From NCBI GenBank assembly GCA_021647505.1, contig JAKIUN010000001.1, positions 97,828 through 161,827 of the forward strand: DNA of 64,000 nt, given 5' to 3'. Shown one piece after another: positions 37,486 to 47,669 of the stretch. The stretch comes from Gammaproteobacteria bacterium. Lineage in GTDB: Bacteria > Pseudomonadota > Gammaproteobacteria > SZUA-152. Position numbers and translations under genes: made by a program. Within the stretch, counting starts at the first letter, position 1. Each line of letters opens with the position of its first letter. Below the pieces are notes generated by a model. It was not told the origin of the DNA and made no database searches. It saw only the letters and a list, made by a program, of their open reading frames with translations.

Positions 37486-37509
37486 TTTTGTTAGGGACGT
37501 GCACGTTCC

Positions 37510-38082
37510 TTAATGGCGGCGTTGCTCGTGCGGCCGCACCAGGGTGCCGATGCTGATATCAGTGAGGGTGTCGCGGGCATGTTGGCTGCCGGTGGTCTCC
37601 CACAGTTCAAAGGCGGTCAGCGGATCGAGGGCCGGCTCGTCGGCGCCCAGGTCGCGCATGGTCTGCAATACGTCCATAGCCGGTACAAAGCGCTCGCTGA
37701 GCTGTGCATAAAGGCGGCTGAGGGAATGGTTGGCGGCGCTGTGTAGCTGGTAATAGGCGCCAATACCGAGGTCGACGTAATAGTTAACGGAAACACGCCG
37801 GCGCCTGGCCCGCTGCGGGTAAAGCCCGGCGTACAACAGGCAAATATCGCCCACGTCGCGTAGTTTCTCATGCTGCTGATGCCCCGTTGAGAGCAGGCCG
37901 GCCAGGTAGTCGAGGGCGAGGATGCGTGAGGCGATCTCCGGTTTGCTGAGAAAGCGCTGCAAGAGAAATACCAGATAACTCTGCACGTCTTCGCCCAGTT
38001 CGTGCCGTGCTTTTTGCTCCGCCTCGCACACCAGTGCATGCCAATGTGCTGCGGCTGTGGGTTGCAGTTCGATATCGCGCAT
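37510..38082 (-). CDS. Hypothetical protein (190 aa)
   Basis: GGAGG lies 5 nt upstream of ATG 38082 (MRDIELQP...). No motif recognised. Confidence 0.55.
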   Translation of the reverse strand: MRDIELQPTAAAHWHALVCEAEQKARHELGEDVQSYLVFLLQRFLSKPEIASRILALDYLAGLLSTGHQQHEKLRDVGDICLLYAGLYPQRARRRRVSVNYYVDLGIGAYYQLHSAANHSLSRLYAQLSERFVPAMDVLQTMRDLGADEPALDPLTAFELWETTGSQHARDTLTDISIGTLVRPHEQRRH

Positions 38083-38175
38083 ATACACCTCCAAATCGTG
38101 TACTTTTGCAAACACCTCTTGCTTACCTTATCGGGCCGTTTACCGGGCGGCTTGAACCGGCATGGCATTTTCGGC

Positions 38176-38754
38176 TTACGAGGATTTCTCCGAGCCGTCC
38201 AGTAGTTGGCGGATATTCTGACGATGCCGCCAGATCAGCATCGCGCTGATCACCACGGAGACTCCGATCAGTTCCGGTACTGGGCGCAGCCACCCCATGA
38301 ACAGTGGCGACAGGGCCGCTGCCATGAGCGCCGCCAGCGAGGAAATATGGAATACCTTGGCCATCAACAGCCAGACACCCAGCAGGCACAGCGCCACCGG
38401 CCAAGCCAGGGCGGTCAACACGCCGAAGGCAGTGGCGACACCCTTGCCACCTTTGAAACCGAAGAATAGCGGGTACAGGTGGCCGAGAAAGGCGGCCAGC
38501 GCAGTCAGTGCCAGCACCGGAGTGGAAACCGCCAGCGCCTGCGCCAGCAATACCGGCAACAGGCCCTTGATGGCATCACCGGCGAGGGTGATGGCGGCCG
38601 GTTTCCTGCCACCCACGCGCATCACGTTGGTAGCGCCAGGATTGCCCGAGCCCTGGCTGCGTGGATCCGGCAAGCCCATCAGGCGGCAGGTGATAATAGC
38701 GGCGGAGAGTGAGCCGGCGAGATAGGCGCCAAGAATCAGTGCAATATCAATCAT
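38176..38754 (-). CDS. plsY: Glycerol-3-phosphate acyltransferase PlsY
   Basis: GSGNPGATNVMR motif. Multi-TM protein of 192 aa. Confidence 0.92.
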   Translation of the reverse strand: MIDIALILGAYLAGSLSAAIITCRLMGLPDPRSQGSGNPGATNVMRVGGRKPAAITLAGDAIKGLLPVLLAQALAVSTPVLALTALAAFLGHLYPLFFGFKGGKGVATAFGVLTALAWPVALCLLGVWLLMAKVFHISSLAALMAAALSPLFMGWLRPVPELIGVSVVISAMLIWRHRQNIRQLLDGSEKSS

Positions 38755-38876
38755 GGGCTCATTATCCCGTGCTGGTACGGCTCAGGGCAAACCGCTATAG
38801 TTCTCAGGAAATTCCGGGGCCCAGGGTTGACCCCCAAATCACCCCCCCTAACATAAAGCGAAAGAACGAATACGGC

Positions 38877-39290
38877 ATGGATATCATTTTTCTACACGAT
38901 CTGACCATTGAAACCATCATTGGCATTTACGACTGGGAACGCAAGGAAAAACAGTCGGTCATCCTCGATCTGGATATGGGCGCTGATATCCGCCGTGCTG
39001 CTGCCAGTGACGCCATCGAAGATACCCTCAACTACAAGGCCGTGGCCAAACGCCTGATTGAATTTGTTGGTGATAGTGATTTCCAATTAGTTGAAACCCT
39101 GGCCGAGCGGGTGGCCGAGGTCGTGCTCACGGAATTCGATGTAACATGGGTGCGTCTGCGGGTGAACAAGAAGGGCGCAGTGCGTTATGCCGGTGATGTT
39201 GGCATCATTATTGAAAGAGGTATTCTTGAGAGAAGTATTGAGACTGAAAGAAGTATCGCGCAAAGTGTTATGGACGGAGAGAACGGCTGA
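38877..39290 (+). CDS. folB: Dihydroneopterin aldolase
   Basis: MDIIFLHDLTIETIIGIYDWERKEKQ...LNYKAV. I prefer ATG 38877, because the track start at 38709 overlaps plsY. Carries a ~20-aa C-terminal extension. Confidence 0.9.
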   Translation: MDIIFLHDLTIETIIGIYDWERKEKQSVILDLDMGADIRRAAASDAIEDTLNYKAVAKRLIEFVGDSDFQLVETLAERVAEVVLTEFDVTWVRLRVNKKGAVRYAGDVGIIIERGILERSIETERSIAQSVMDGENG

Positions 39291-39805
39291 TGCCACAGGT
39301 GTTCGTCGGGGTTGGCAGCAATGTTGAGCGCGCTACCAGTATCCGCGCCGGCATCGCCGATTTGCGTGCCCATTATGGTGAGCTACGGTTGTCCTCAGTG
39401 TACGAGAGCGAGGCGGTGGGTTTTATCGGTAATGCCTTTTACAACCTGGTGGTGGGCTTTGATACGCAAGAACCGGTCAATAACGTAGCGGATGTATTGA
39501 CCTCTATCGAGGATCGCAATGGCCGCTTGCGCGGCAGTGAGAAATTCGCCCCGCGCACCCTGGATCTAGATCTGTTGCTATACGGCGATGCGATCATTAG
39601 CACGGCGCGTTTTCATGTTCCGCGCGACGAAATTCTGCGCTATGCCTTTGTGCTCTGGCCGCTGGCCGAAATTGTACCGAATCTGCGCCACCCGGAGACG
39701 GGTAAAACCTTTACACAGTTATGGGAAGACTTTGATAAGGACGGCCCTGTACTGAGACCGGTTGTGTTTTCGTGGCAGGGGCCGACAACGAAAGCGAAAT
39801 CCTGA
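39290..39805 (+). CDS. folK: 2-amino-4-hydroxy-6-hydroxymethyldihydropteridine diphosphokinase
   Basis: RTLDLDLLLYGD motif. Start overlaps the folB stop (TGATG). Confidence 0.9.
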   Translation: MPQVFVGVGSNVERATSIRAGIADLRAHYGELRLSSVYESEAVGFIGNAFYNLVVGFDTQEPVNNVADVLTSIEDRNGRLRGSEKFAPRTLDLDLLLYGDAIISTARFHVPRDEILRYAFVLWPLAEIVPNLRHPETGKTFTQLWEDFDKDGPVLRPVVFSWQGPTTKAKS

Positions 39806-39837
39806 TTCAATGTGCCAATAGTATCGAGGGAGGAAGC

Positions 39838-41016
39838 ATGAACGAGGGGTTTGCTGGAGGCGCCACAGCAGTGAAAGAAGGCAAGCCGTTGATCCTGATC
39901 GTCGATGACTCACCGACAATTCGCATGTCGTTGAAACGTGCGGTACAGGATGAATTCCAGCCGCTGGAAGCGGAGGACGGTGAGGCCGCCTGGACGCTGT
40001 TGCTGCAGGATGCCAATATCGAATTGCTGATTACCGACCTCACCATGCCGCATCTCGACGGTTTCGGTCTGATCCGACGCCTGCGTGAAAATCCTGCGGC
40101 GCGTATGCAGAATCTGCCGGTGATCGTCGTTACCGGCGCGGATGATACTGCGGCCCGTGAGCGCGCCTTTCATGCCGGTGCCAATGATTTTCTGACCAAG
40201 GACAGCGACCGTATCGAACTGTTGGCGCGTTTGCGCGCCCATCTCAAGCTGGCGCAGACCATTCGCCAACTGGAGGCCAGCCAGCATGAGCTGCAGGCGC
40301 AAGCCAATACGGATCCACTGACCGGGCTTGCCAACCGGCGTTTCTTCGATGAGATTGCCGGCAAGGAATTGTCGCTGATGCGCCGGCAGCAGGATTATTT
40401 CTGCGTACTGATGATTGATATCGACCACTTCAAGGCGGTGAATGACACCTACGGCCACCCGGCCGGTGATGAAATTCTCAAGCGGGTGGCGGCGGCCCTG
40501 TCGGGCAATCTGCGCGAAGAGGACACGGTGGCGCGCATCGGTGGTGAGGAATTCGTGGTCTGCTCACCAGCCACTAACCGATTGGCCTCTATTGTCCTCG
40601 CCGAGCGTTTGCGCAAGGCTGTGGAATCCCTGGCGATTGAGTTCGAAGGTAGGCGGATTTCGGTTACCATCAGTCTGGGCATTGCCTTGCGTCCGCTCGA
40701 TGGTGATGATCTGCAGGCGTTGTTGGCTGTAGCGGACGAACGCCTGTATCGCGCCAAGCAGGACGGCCGCAATCGTTTCTGTGTCGTGGACAAGGCGTCA
40801 CAGGATGATGACGGGTTTACTGTGGGCCGGATCTGCCCGCGTATGGATGCGGCGCTGGCGATGATACGCCACGGTAATCTGAACCGCCTCAAGCCGCACC
40901 TGTCCACACTGCTGGAGGAGCTGATCCCCTTTTTGGAGCTGGTCAATCAGCAGTCGGCGGAGGCGCAGGTCGATGTTGGCCTGATTCGCGAGATTGCCGA
41001 AAATCTGCAGGATTAA
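39838..41016 (+). CDS. Response-regulator receiver + GGDEF diguanylate cyclase
   Basis: Receiver LILIVDDSPTIRMSL...D; GGDEF active site RIGGEEFVV; I-site-like context. GAGGGAGGAAG SD before ATG 39838. Confidence 0.9.
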   Translation: MNEGFAGGATAVKEGKPLILIVDDSPTIRMSLKRAVQDEFQPLEAEDGEAAWTLLLQDANIELLITDLTMPHLDGFGLIRRLRENPAARMQNLPVIVVTGADDTAARERAFHAGANDFLTKDSDRIELLARLRAHLKLAQTIRQLEASQHELQAQANTDPLTGLANRRFFDEIAGKELSLMRRQQDYFCVLMIDIDHFKAVNDTYGHPAGDEILKRVAAALSGNLREEDTVARIGGEEFVVCSPATNRLASIVLAERLRKAVESLAIEFEGRRISVTISLGIALRPLDGDDLQALLAVADERLYRAKQDGRNRFCVVDKASQDDDGFTVGRICPRMDAALAMIRHGNLNRLKPHLSTLLEELIPFLELVNQQSAEAQVDVGLIREIAENLQD

Positions 41017-41022
41017 CCTGCC

Positions 41023-41616
41023 TTATCGCTGCCACACCAGGATACGATTGTTGGCTGGCATTTCATGGTCGGCCACAGGTTGCAGGCCCTGTCCCTGAGC
41101 CAGTTCATCAAGCTCGGCACGGTCGCGGATGCCGCTCTTTGGGTCTCGTTGCTTTAGCCAGACATCGAAGTGTGCATTGCTCTCGCTGGTGAATTTTCCG
41201 TCCCGGTTGAAGGGGCCGTAGAGACAAAAGCGCCCACCCGGAGCGAGTACCTGCCCGACGCCTTCGAAGAGCTTTTCCACCTCCGCCCAGCCCATGATGT
41301 GCACGGTGTTGGCACTGAAAATGCCGTCGTAGAGGTACCGTGGCCAGGGGTCGTGGCTGACATCCAGCGTCAGCGGCAGGTGCACATTATCGCCGCTGTT
41401 TTCGTTCAGCCAGGCGAGGATGCCGGGGTGGTTTTCAGCACAGTCGCTGGTTTGCCAGTGTAGGTGCGGTAGTGCGTTGGCAAAGAATACGGCGTGCTGT
41501 CCAGTGCCGCTGCCGATTTCAAGAATTTCTGAGGCCAGTGCAAACTCCTCGCGTAGCACGGCGAGGATGGGGTGTTTGTTTTGTTCGCAGGATTCGGCGA
41601 AGGGTTTCATGGTCAA
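41023..41616 (-). CDS. DUF938-family SAM-dependent methyltransferase
   Basis: NKHPILAVLREEF...EIGSGTGQHAVFFA...LHWQTSD. Confidence 0.75.
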   Translation of the reverse strand: MTMKPFAESCEQNKHPILAVLREEFALASEILEIGSGTGQHAVFFANALPHLHWQTSDCAENHPGILAWLNENSGDNVHLPLTLDVSHDPWPRYLYDGIFSANTVHIMGWAEVEKLFEGVGQVLAPGGRFCLYGPFNRDGKFTSESNAHFDVWLKQRDPKSGIRDRAELDELAQGQGLQPVADHEMPANNRILVWQR

Positions 41617-41674
41617 TATACTTTTTGGTAGTCCGTAGCGCTCCGCGCCACTTCATCCGCGCTGGAATAATCCG

Positions 41675-42442
41675 CTAGCTATTCAACGACCGCCCACCAT
41701 CCACTGTCAGCACCTGGCCACTGGTGTATTCGGCATCACGAATCAGATACAGCACCGCCCGCGCAATATGCTCCGGACTGCCCTGCCGTTTAAGAAAGGT
41801 GCGGTTGATGATGCGTTGCTTGGTGACTTCATCCATGTCCGTTTCCGGCCACAGGATGGCGCCCGGTGCGACGGCATTGACGCGGATCTCCGGCCCCAGT
41901 TCACAGGCCAGCGCCTTAGTCAGCATGACCAGCCCCGCCTTGGCCGTACTGTAGATGGGGTGGCGTTTGAGGGGGCGGTCGGCGTGAATATCGACGATAT
42001 TAACGATACAGCCGCGGCGGATTTTGAGGTGTGGCGCGGCAGCCTGGGCGAGAAAAAAGGGCGCCTTGAGATTGGAACCGAACAGGTCTTCCCACTGCTG
42101 CGGCGTGGCCTTGCCGATGGGGGTGGGATAGAAGGTGGAGGCGTTGTTGATCAATACGTCCAGCCGTTTCCAGGCCGAGTAGGCATCACTGATGAGGGCG
42201 GGCAGGGTGGCTTCGTCGAGCAGGTCGGCGCAGACCAGCACCACGGAATCGGCGCGCTTTTGGTTGAGTTCGCTTTGCAGGGTATGGGCGGCATTACGTG
42301 AGCTGCGGTAATGCAACACCAGGTTTGCCCCCTCGGCATGCAGGGTGCGCGCGGTGTGTGCACCGATACGATGGGCGCCGCCGGTGATCAGCACGACGCG
42401 CCCACTCAACGGGCCGTTGTTGGCTTCTGTGGTATTATCCAC
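41675..42442 (-). CDS. Short-chain dehydrogenase, pteridine reductase (FolM-like)
   Basis: VVLITGGAHRIGAHTAR...HYRSS and the YSTAK catalytic motif. Confidence 0.8.
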   Translation of the reverse strand: MDNTTEANNGPLSGRVVLITGGAHRIGAHTARTLHAEGANLVLHYRSSRNAAHTLQSELNQKRADSVVLVCADLLDEATLPALISDAYSAWKRLDVLINNASTFYPTPIGKATPQQWEDLFGSNLKAPFFLAQAAAPHLKIRRGCIVNIVDIHADRPLKRHPIYSTAKAGLVMLTKALACELGPEIRVNAVAPGAILWPETDMDEVTKQRIINRTFLKRQGSPEHIARAVLYLIRDAEYTSGQVLTVDGGRSLNS

Positions 42443-42500
42443 GACTTATCCTCCGAGACTGATTCGACACTGTAACCTACCTGCGCCGATCTTGCCCAGC

Positions 42501-43715
42501 ATGAACATCCCCGTTTCCCGAGCCACTTCCCGGCACACCATTCGGCAGGCTGGCGAGGCTTTGGCACGCCTCCCTGAGCCGGATGGGGAGGCCCAGGCGC
42601 ACAGCATGGCGCTGATCCGCTTGATCGTCGATGAGATTACCCGTGCTGGCGGGCAGATCAGCTTTGCGCGCTATATGGAGCTGGCACTGTTCGCCCCCGG
42701 TTTGGGCTATTACAGCGCCGGCAGCCAGAAGTTCGGTGCCAGCGGGGACTTCGTGACCGCACCGGAAATCTCGCCGCTGTTTTCCCGTTGTCTGGCGCGG
42801 CAGACGGCCGAGGTGCTGGAAAATCTGGGTGGTGGCGATGTGCTGGAGGTGGGTGCCGGCTCCGGTATCATGGCGGCGGATCTGCTGGCCGAACTGGCGT
42901 TGCTGGGCACCCTGCCCGAGCAGTACTTTCTGTTGGAGCTAAGCGCCGATCTGCGCCAGCGGCAGCGCGAAACCCTGGCACAAAAAGTGCCGCATCTGCT
43001 CGCTCGGGTGCAGTGGCTGGACAGCCTGCCCGACGACGGCTTTCGTGGCGTGGTATTGGCTAATGAGCTGCTTGATGCCTTGCCGGTACACCGCTTTCGT
43101 GTCGAGGTCAGCGGCCTTACGGAGCGCTGTGTAAGTTGGCAGGATGGGCGCTTCCAGTGGCGCAGCGCCGAGATTGACGACGCGGCGCTTGCGCAATGTC
43201 TGGCGATGCTGGGTGAAGGCCTGCCCGAGGGCTACGAGTCGGAGTTGAATCTTGCCGCCGGAGGCTGGATCGGTTCCGTCGCCGCCCTGTTGCAGGCCGG
43301 CGTGGTACTGTTGATCGACTATGGTTTTCCGCGCCACGAGTATTACCACCCGCAGCGTGACCGAGGCACCCTGATGTGCCACTACCGCCATCGCGCTCAC
43401 GACGACCCCTTTGTCTACCCCGGCTTGCAGGACATTACCGCTCATGTGGATTTCACCGCCGTTGCCGAGTGCGCGGTAGATAGCGGCCTGAATGTGCTGG
43501 GCTACAATACCCAGGGCCTGTTTCTGCTCGCCAACGGCATTACCGAGTTGCCGCAGTCGGATGACGAGCACGAACAACGGCGTTTGGCACAGCAAGTACG
43601 CACCCTGACCCTGCCGGGTGAAATGGGAGAGCTGTTCAAGGTGATGGCGCTGGGGCGGGACTACGATGCGCCGTTGCGTGGTTTCATGTTGCAAGATTTA
43701 CGCGGCAAGTTGTGA
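42501..43715 (+). CDS. SAM-dependent methyltransferase, MidA/NDUFAF7 (DUF185) family
   Basis: ISFARYMELALFAPGLGYYSAG...FGASGDFVTAPEISPLF. I prefer ATG 42501, because the track start at 42345 overlaps the divergent reductase. Confidence 0.85.
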   Translation: MNIPVSRATSRHTIRQAGEALARLPEPDGEAQAHSMALIRLIVDEITRAGGQISFARYMELALFAPGLGYYSAGSQKFGASGDFVTAPEISPLFSRCLARQTAEVLENLGGGDVLEVGAGSGIMAADLLAELALLGTLPEQYFLLELSADLRQRQRETLAQKVPHLLARVQWLDSLPDDGFRGVVLANELLDALPVHRFRVEVSGLTERCVSWQDGRFQWRSAEIDDAALAQCLAMLGEGLPEGYESELNLAAGGWIGSVAALLQAGVVLLIDYGFPRHEYYHPQRDRGTLMCHYRHRAHDDPFVYPGLQDITAHVDFTAVAECAVDSGLNVLGYNTQGLFLLANGITELPQSDDEHEQRRLAQQVRTLTLPGEMGELFKVMALGRDYDAPLRGFMLQDLRGKL

Positions 43716-43837
43716 CCATTCTATGGTAAAAGAGAGTCTCCTATGAGTGGGCTCAGCCGTGATTAAAAATTGATTTTTCTCGCCTTTACATATCTGTAAT
43801 TAGTATGAAATACTAAGCTTATAAAACAGGAAAAGAT

Positions 43838-44527
43838 ATGGAAGGCAAGCTCAGGCAGACCCAGGACATGCTGGCCAGACATCACCGTGACGGTGCGGTC
43901 TTCGCGCAGATGATGAAGGACACCTTCGATGACCGTTTCAATGAGACCTTCTGGGAGATGTGGGGACAGCACATAGAACCTGCGTTGTCCGATGTACCGG
44001 TGATTCTTGACTTGGGCACCGGCCCCGGTATGCTGCTCAAGGTTCTGGCGGCACGCTACCCAAAGGTACGTGCCATCGGTGTGGAGTGTGCCGACTATAT
44101 GCTGGAGGCCGCTGTCGAACTGCCCGAGGGCTGTGAGACTATTGTCGCAGATCTCCACAATCCCCTTTTGCCGTTGGAAGATAGCACTGTCGATGCGGCA
44201 GTAGCTTCCATGGTGCTGCACGAGATGCAGCAGCCGGTGCGCGCCCTGCGAGAGGTCGCCCGCTGCCTTAAACCGGGCGGTTGCCTATATATGCTGGACT
44301 GGGTGCGTGCACCGCTGAAGCAATATTTCGACGATACGGAGCTGGATGTGTTTGCCGCCGATACTCCGCTGGAGGCGCTGGAAGACCTGTTCATCCACTT
44401 CGCCGAGCATAATCGTTTTTCTGCCGATGATCTGGTGTTCATGCTCGAGAATACCGGTTTCCGCGTGCTGGAGGCCACCGCACTGAAGGACGGCCGTCAG
44501 GTGCGTATCATTGCCGAAAAGCTGTAA
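43838..44527 (+). CDS. Class I SAM-dependent methyltransferase
   Basis: Motif I VILDLGTGPGMLL; post-I and motif II LKPGGCLYMLD. Confidence 0.8.
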   Translation: MEGKLRQTQDMLARHHRDGAVFAQMMKDTFDDRFNETFWEMWGQHIEPALSDVPVILDLGTGPGMLLKVLAARYPKVRAIGVECADYMLEAAVELPEGCETIVADLHNPLLPLEDSTVDAAVASMVLHEMQQPVRALREVARCLKPGGCLYMLDWVRAPLKQYFDDTELDVFAADTPLEALEDLFIHFAEHNRFSADDLVFMLENTGFRVLEATALKDGRQVRIIAEKL

Positions 44528-44530
44528 CTG

Positions 44531-44690
44531 TTCACTACAGAGGCACGGAACACACAGAAAAACGGACTGCAAGGCCGCACAGATGCGGCAAGAAATGACA
44601 TCTTGGTATACTGGCTTTTACGCCCATTCCCTGGTTTTACATTCCATCCATGCATTCTCTGCGTTTTTCGTGTCTCCGTGGTGTGCTGAA
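44531..44690. repeat. Inverted pair of REP-like units
   Basis: TTCACTACAGAGGCACGGAACACACAGAAAAACG (44531-44564), and the reverse complement of 44652-44690 (TTCAGCACACCACGGAGACACGAAAAACGCAGAGAATGC). They share CACGGA.ACAC and GAAAAACG cores around ~85 nt. Confidence 0.45.
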
Positions 44691-44734
44691 TAGTGATCAA
44701 AACCTTCGACTTATTATAAGGACTGATTGACCCC

Positions 44735-45532
44735 ATGGATCACCTGCACGCCATTGCCTTGGCCCTGTTACAGGGCTTTACCGAATTTTTGCCCATTTCC
44801 AGTTCAGCGCACCTGATATTGTTGCCGCGCCTGCTTGGCTGGGAGGATCAGGGTCTGGCCTTTGACGTTGCCGTGCACCTTGGCACCCTGAGTGCGGTGA
44901 TGCTGTATTTCCGCCATGAACTGGTGCTCATGGCGCGTGACTGGGGCCGCTCGCTGGTGACCCGCCGGCAAACGAAAGACAGCCGGTTGGCCTGGGCGGT
45001 GCTATGGGGCACCATTCCTGTGGGCCTCGCCGGATTGGCCTTCAAGGGCTATATCGAGGTTGAGCTGCGCTCGGAACTGATGATTGCCGTCACCACCATC
45101 GGCTTCGGCCTGTTGTTGTGGTGGGCGGATGCCCGCGGGCGCGGTGAGCGCGACGAGCATCATCTCGGCTGGAAAGATATCCTGATTATCGGCATTGCCC
45201 AGGCCGTGTCGCTGATTCCCGGCACCTCGCGTTCCGGCATCACCATGACGGCCGGGCTGATGCTGGGCTTGTCGCGTGAGGGTGCGGCGCGCTTTTCCTT
45301 TCTACTATCGATTCCGGTGATCGTGCTGGCTGGCGGCCTCAAGGGGTTGGATTTGATTAAGGAAGCGGTGCCGGTGGACTGGGGGGTGATGATCATTGGC
45401 ATGGTGACCTCGGCCATCACCGCCTACGTCTGCATCCACTTCTTCCTCAAGCTGCTAGAGCGCATTGGCATGCTGCCCTTTGTGATCTACCGCCTGGTAC
45501 TGGGTGGGGTGTTGTTGGTGTTGTTTATGTAA
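44735..45532 (+). CDS. uppP: Undecaprenyl-diphosphate phosphatase
   Basis: LLQGFTEFLPISSSAHL and PGTSRSGITM motifs. Confidence 0.95.
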   Translation: MDHLHAIALALLQGFTEFLPISSSAHLILLPRLLGWEDQGLAFDVAVHLGTLSAVMLYFRHELVLMARDWGRSLVTRRQTKDSRLAWAVLWGTIPVGLAGLAFKGYIEVELRSELMIAVTTIGFGLLLWWADARGRGERDEHHLGWKDILIIGIAQAVSLIPGTSRSGITMTAGLMLGLSREGAARFSFLLSIPVIVLAGGLKGLDLIKEAVPVDWGVMIIGMVTSAITAYVCIHFFLKLLERIGMLPFVIYRLVLGGVLLVLFM

Positions 45533-45753
45533 GGAGTGCGCACTGTGGGATGCAGCGAGGGCGCACGAAATGACTTTACCACTTAACTAGAGTGCCAGAG
45601 TGGAAAAAAACCATCGCGGCTCAGGAGGTAGAGCTGGGTGTGGGCTGCGCCGGCTACTTGCCTGTTGACGGGCTTTCTGTATCCGCATTTAGTATGAGAC
45701 ACTACACTAGTGTCATGTCACGGGGCTAGAGGCCGTTTTTACAAGGATCATCG

Positions 45754-46590
45754 ATGGCGATTTATGCGATTGGCGATATCCAGGGATGCTTTGACGAGCT
45801 TCAAGCCCTGTTGGCGATGTGCCGTTTCGACCCGGCGATGGATCAGCTCTGGTTCACCGGTGACCTGGTCAATCGTGGCCCGGACTCGCTCAAGGTACTG
45901 CGCTTTGTGCGCGGCTTGGGTGAGGGCGCCATCAGTGTGCTGGGCAATCATGATCTGCACCTGCTGGCCGTGGCCGAGGGGCTGGGTAAGTTGCACAAGC
46001 CCGATACCCTGCAGGCCATTCTCAAGGCCCCGGATCGTGACGAGTTGTTACACTGGCTGCGCCAACGGCCCCTGCTGTACTACGATAAAGACCTGGATAC
46101 TGCGCTGGTTCACGCTGGCCTGCCGCCGCAGTGGGATCTACACGAGGCATGTGCGTACAGTGTGGAGGTGGAAGCGGTGCTGCGCGGTAATGACTACCGC
46201 GATTTTTTCGCCCAGATGTATGGCGACAAACCCCGCCGCTGGGCGATGGGACTGACGGGCTGGGATCGGCTGCGTTTCATCGTCAACTGCTTTACGCGCC
46301 TGCGCTTTTGCCGTGCCGATGGCAAACTGTGCCTAAAGGCCAAGGGCGCGCCCGGCACGCAGCCCGCAGATTGTATGCCGTGGTTTCAAGTGCCGGGGCG
46401 TCGTAGCACACAGACGCGAATTGTGTTTGGGCATTGGTCGACGCTGGGCCTGTATCAGGATGATAACGTGCTGGCACTGGATACCGGCTGCCTGTGGGGC
46501 GGCCAGCTGACGGCCGCGCGCCTGGCTGGCGATCATGGGTTTGTCTCCTGTGATTGCAGTGGCTATCGTCGGCCGGATGCTGAGGTGTGA
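45754..46590 (+). CDS. apaH: Symmetrical bis(5'-nucleosyl)-tetraphosphatase ApaH
   Basis: MAIYAIGDIQGCFDEL, GDLVNRGP and GNHD metallophosphatase motifs. Confidence 0.93.
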   Translation: MAIYAIGDIQGCFDELQALLAMCRFDPAMDQLWFTGDLVNRGPDSLKVLRFVRGLGEGAISVLGNHDLHLLAVAEGLGKLHKPDTLQAILKAPDRDELLHWLRQRPLLYYDKDLDTALVHAGLPPQWDLHEACAYSVEVEAVLRGNDYRDFFAQMYGDKPRRWAMGLTGWDRLRFIVNCFTRLRFCRADGKLCLKAKGAPGTQPADCMPWFQVPGRRSTQTRIVFGHWSTLGLYQDDNVLALDTGCLWGGQLTAARLAGDHGFVSCDCSGYRRPDAEV

Positions 46591-46659
46591 GGGCCGGTCA
46601 TAGCGCTATGAGGGTTATTAATGGTTGGGTTGATTAAGTATCGGGGAGGGCAGAAAGAC

Positions 46660-47160
46660 GTGAACATAAAAAGACAAATATTTATGGGTACGGTGTTGTT
46701 ATTTATCGCAACGATTGCCGTGGCCACGCCGAAGGCGGAGATTCTGGAGTACGGCTACTACGAGTTCAGCACCTCGGCAAAGCGCTCGGCACATCCGGCG
46801 ACCACCTCCGGCTTTGTGCAGACGGGTGAGGCCCAGTTGGTGAAGCAGGCAGAGCGTATTCCTATTGAACAGGGGCGCCTGTTCGGTTTTCGTTTTATCA
46901 TCACCGGCATGGATCCGAATATCGGTCAGCTCCCGGTGGAGCTGGTCGTGACGCATCCAAAAATGGACAAACCAGATGGCACCAGTTCGACGGGCTATCA
47001 CTACACCCTTGACCTGGTGCTGAATCAGGGCGTTGTGGAAGACAAAACCGGTTATCGCATGAATGAAGAATATGAGATGGTCGAAGGTGATTGGGTGTTT
47101 GAATATCTCTTCATGAACAGACCGCTGATGGTGCAGCGTTTTACCACCTACAAGCCTTGA
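46660..47160 (+). CDS. Exported hypothetical protein (possibly DUF3859-like)
   Basis: GGGAGGG SD before GTG 46660. Signal peptide NIKRQIFMGTVLLFIATIAVA. The family guess is from memory only. Confidence 0.5.
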   Translation: MNIKRQIFMGTVLLFIATIAVATPKAEILEYGYYEFSTSAKRSAHPATTSGFVQTGEAQLVKQAERIPIEQGRLFGFRFIITGMDPNIGQLPVELVVTHPKMDKPDGTSSTGYHYTLDLVLNQGVVEDKTGYRMNEEYEMVEGDWVFEYLFMNRPLMVQRFTTYKP

Positions 47161-47249
47161 ATCTGGATTAATCAGCTGAGCGTTCCGAGGCGGATGTAAG
47201 CATGTGATAATCAGCGAATTTATCTAAAAAACCAAGTTTCACCCGTTGG

Positions 47250-47669
47250 ATGAAAATTGAGGAAACCCTGATGATAGATACCGAACAAATGGATACCGAG
47301 CAAAAAGAAAAAATGACCCCGCAAGAGGCTTGGACCCGCGGCCTGTTTATGGTGATGTTTTTCATCCTTCTCCAACTGGCCAAGATCGTCGCCGGAATGG
47401 TGGTCGTATTGCAATTTTTGTTTACGATTTTCACCAACCAGACCAATGATAACCTGTTGAATTTTGGTGCCAGCCTGAGCCGCTACATTTATCAGGCTTG
47501 GCGTTTCCTGACGTATAGCTCGGAGACCCAGCCTTTTCCGTTTACGCCATGGCCGGCTGCCGATGAAGCTGGGCCGGATGAAATGGCAGACAGAGACGGG
47601 GTGACCGTACAGAGTGAGCCGAAGGCCGAAGGAAACGATTCCGGGAAGTTGCCGCCGGGGAAAGACTGA
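47250..47669 (+). CDS. DUF4389-like small membrane protein
   Basis: Two TM helices (GLFMVMFFILLQLAKIVAGMVVVLQFLF). Conserved-looking tail YSSETQPFPFTPWP. Confidence 0.55.
   Translation: MKIEETLMIDTEQMDTEQKEKMTPQEAWTRGLFMVMFFILLQLAKIVAGMVVVLQFLFTIFTNQTNDNLLNFGASLSRYIYQAWRFLTYSSETQPFPFTPWPAADEAGPDEMADRDGVTVQSEPKAEGNDSGKLPPGKD

Noticed and set aside
42939-43694. 251-aa minus-strand ORF
   Set aside because: It is antisense to the MidA-family methyltransferase gene.
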